A stretch of 7,092 nt of DNA from the IMG/VR virus record IMGVR_UViG_2534681912_000006, one strand, 5' to 3'. The stretch's first letter is position 1; each line of letters starts with the position of its first letter. The stretch comes from a virus (Duplodnaviria > Heunggongvirae > Uroviricota > Caudoviricetes). This document shows positions 5,782 through 7,092 of this stretch, one piece after another. The notes below the pieces were generated by a model. The model had not been told where the DNA came from. It searched no databases and saw only the letters and a list, made by a program, of their open reading frames with translations. The position numbers were made by a program, and so were the translations under genes.

Positions 5782-6672
5782 ATGAATAAAAAATATGAAC
5801 TGGTTGTTAAGGGGATAAATAATTACGGGGATAAGGTTACTGTTACTGTGAAGCCGGAAGGTGACGGGCAAGCGTCGCTGTTGTTGCCAGATGTGGCGAT
5901 TAGTCTTGACCGTACTGAAGGTGCCACGCTGGAGTTTTACGAAGCTGAGGCGAAAAAGCAGGCGAAGCAGTTTTTCATGGATGTTGCTGCCGGGTTATGT
6001 GAATGGAACGAACCGTTGCCGGAAAAGCGCCCCGTAATTTTAGAGGCGCAGGATGTGTTGATAACCTACAAAGGAAAGCTACCGGGAAGAATTACTTGTT
6101 CTCTGAAGATGCCGCCGTCAACACTGCGGTCAGAAAAAGATGATGTTGAATCACGTATTGAAAAACTGGAGAGCTACGTCGTTGAGCTGAATAAGAAATG
6201 GTCGATATTGGTGCCTTCTGGCGATGAAAAGCAGTTTGCTGCGTTTGACGATTATTGTCGGAAAGTGATGAGCAGAAATCTCGCAGAGTGTTTCAGTATT
6301 CATAATGATAATTTCAGTGAGCTGGAATGGGAGTGTAACCGGCCATCCTTTGTTGTATCCGGTGATGCTGGGAAAATAACCATCTCAGAAAATGGGAAAG
6401 TAACACCTCCATCGCACCAGCACAGTGAGGAGCTCATTGAATTTGCCATTGATTACCTGAAGAACAATAAAAAGCAGGGGCTGATGAAGCGCGTTGGCCG
6501 TTGCATGGGATATCTTCAGGTAGCCGCTGAGATTGAAGCGCTGGCCAGTGGTGCTGATAAGGATGCAATTGTGCGGGAGGCTCTTCTTCGTGATTTTAAT
6601 ACTCCACCCTTTAAAAAAGTGCCGGCTTACTGGCTTCATCCGGGGCTGACTTATCTTAAAGTGCGTATTTAG
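5782..6672 (+). CDS. Hypothetical protein, 296 aa from ATG 5782 (GTG 5779 also possible); unrecognised, inserted between holin and endolysin
   Basis: Long ORF with its ATG 4 nt after the S stop codon; the SD GGGGAGAG lies inside the 3' end of S. No TM segment, signal peptide, P-loop or other motif I can recognise. Codon usage is AT-leaning, including rare ATA (5815-5817) and AGA (6088-6090). Confidence 0.75.
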   Translation: MNKKYELVVKGINNYGDKVTVTVKPEGDGQASLLLPDVAISLDRTEGATLEFYEAEAKKQAKQFFMDVAAGLCEWNEPLPEKRPVILEAQDVLITYKGKLPGRITCSLKMPPSTLRSEKDDVESRIEKLESYVVELNKKWSILVPSGDEKQFAAFDDYCRKVMSRNLAECFSIHNDNFSELEWECNRPSFVVSGDAGKITISENGKVTPPSHQHSEELIEFAIDYLKNNKKQGLMKRVGRCMGYLQVAAEIEALASGADKDAIVREALLRDFNTPPFKKVPAYWLHPGLTYLKVRI

Positions 6673-6708
6673 TGGGCCAGGGACAGCGGCTGAATATTTA
6701 ATATATCC

Positions 6709-7092
6709 ATGAACACCAAAATCAAATACGGCCTGTCGGCTGCCGTTCTGGCGCTGATTGCCGCTGGTGCGCCTGCGCCTGACATTCTCGACCAGTTTCT
6801 GGATGAAAAGGAAGGCAACCACACCACAGCATACCGTGATGGTGCAGGTATCTGGACCATCTGCCGTGGTGCCATCATGGTGGATGGCAAACCTGTCGTT
6901 CCGGGCATGAAGTTGTCGAAGGAAAAATGCGACCAGGTTAACGCCATTGAGCGTGATAAAGCGCTGGCGTGGGTGGAGAAAAACATCAGAGTGCCGCTGA
7001 CCGAACCCCAGAAAGCGGGGATCGCGTCATTCTGTCCGTACAACATTGGTCCCGGTAAGTGTTTCCCGTCGACGTTTTACAGACGAATTAAT
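6709..7092 (+). CDS. R: SAR endolysin R (GH24 T4-lysozyme-like phage lysozyme), 5' 128 codons; continues beyond the window end
   Basis: ATG 6709. The N-terminal weakly hydrophobic Gly/Ala-rich segment YGLSAAVLALIAAGAPAP is a signal-anchor-release domain. The catalytic E-x8-D-x5-T triad is present (EGNHTTAYRDGAGIWT). No stop codon before the window end. Confidence 0.9.
   Translation, partial: MNTKIKYGLSAAVLALIAAGAPAPDILDQFLDEKEGNHTTAYRDGAGIWTICRGAIMVDGKPVVPGMKLSKEKCDQVNAIERDKALAWVEKNIRVPLTEPQKAGIASFCPYNIGPGKCFPSTFYRRIN

Noticed and set aside
6385-7046. Minus-strand ORFs (6385-6822, 6669-7046) antisense to the 296-aa gene and to R
   Set aside because: They overlap the clearly identified SAR endolysin and the translationally coupled 296-aa gene on the opposite strand; no independent support.
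1-7092. CRISPR arrays or other regularly spaced direct repeats
   Set aside because: No repeat-spacer periodicity seen anywhere in the window.

Overview
This window is the late-regulatory and lysis segment of a lambdoid, Stx-phage-like prophage, most consistent with E. coli. All identifications are from reading the sequence and recalling protein families; no searches were run. Left to right: (1) the terminal ~188 bp of an IS629-like IS3-family element, orfA on the minus strand, inserted into the 5' end of the antiterminator gene Q; (2) the remaining Q ORF; (3) a pR'-like late promoter and tR'-like terminator; (4) two phage tRNA genes, anticodons CAT and TCT; (5) a ~1.5 kb partly AT-rich cargo region in the position where Stx phages carry stxAB, with no toxin genes, two unrecognised ORFs and a terminator-capped non-coding stretch; (6) a nanS-p gene (DUF1737 plus sialate O-acetylesterase) split by a frameshift; (7) two small unknown ORFs; (8) an S21-type pinholin S; (9) an unrecognised 297-codon gene wedged between S and R; (10) the 5' part of SAR endolysin R, running off the window. 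The best candidate for something undescribed is the 297-codon gene between holin and endolysin, followed by the cargo at the stx-equivalent locus. The IS-disrupted Q and frameshifted nanS-p suggest a decaying prophage.
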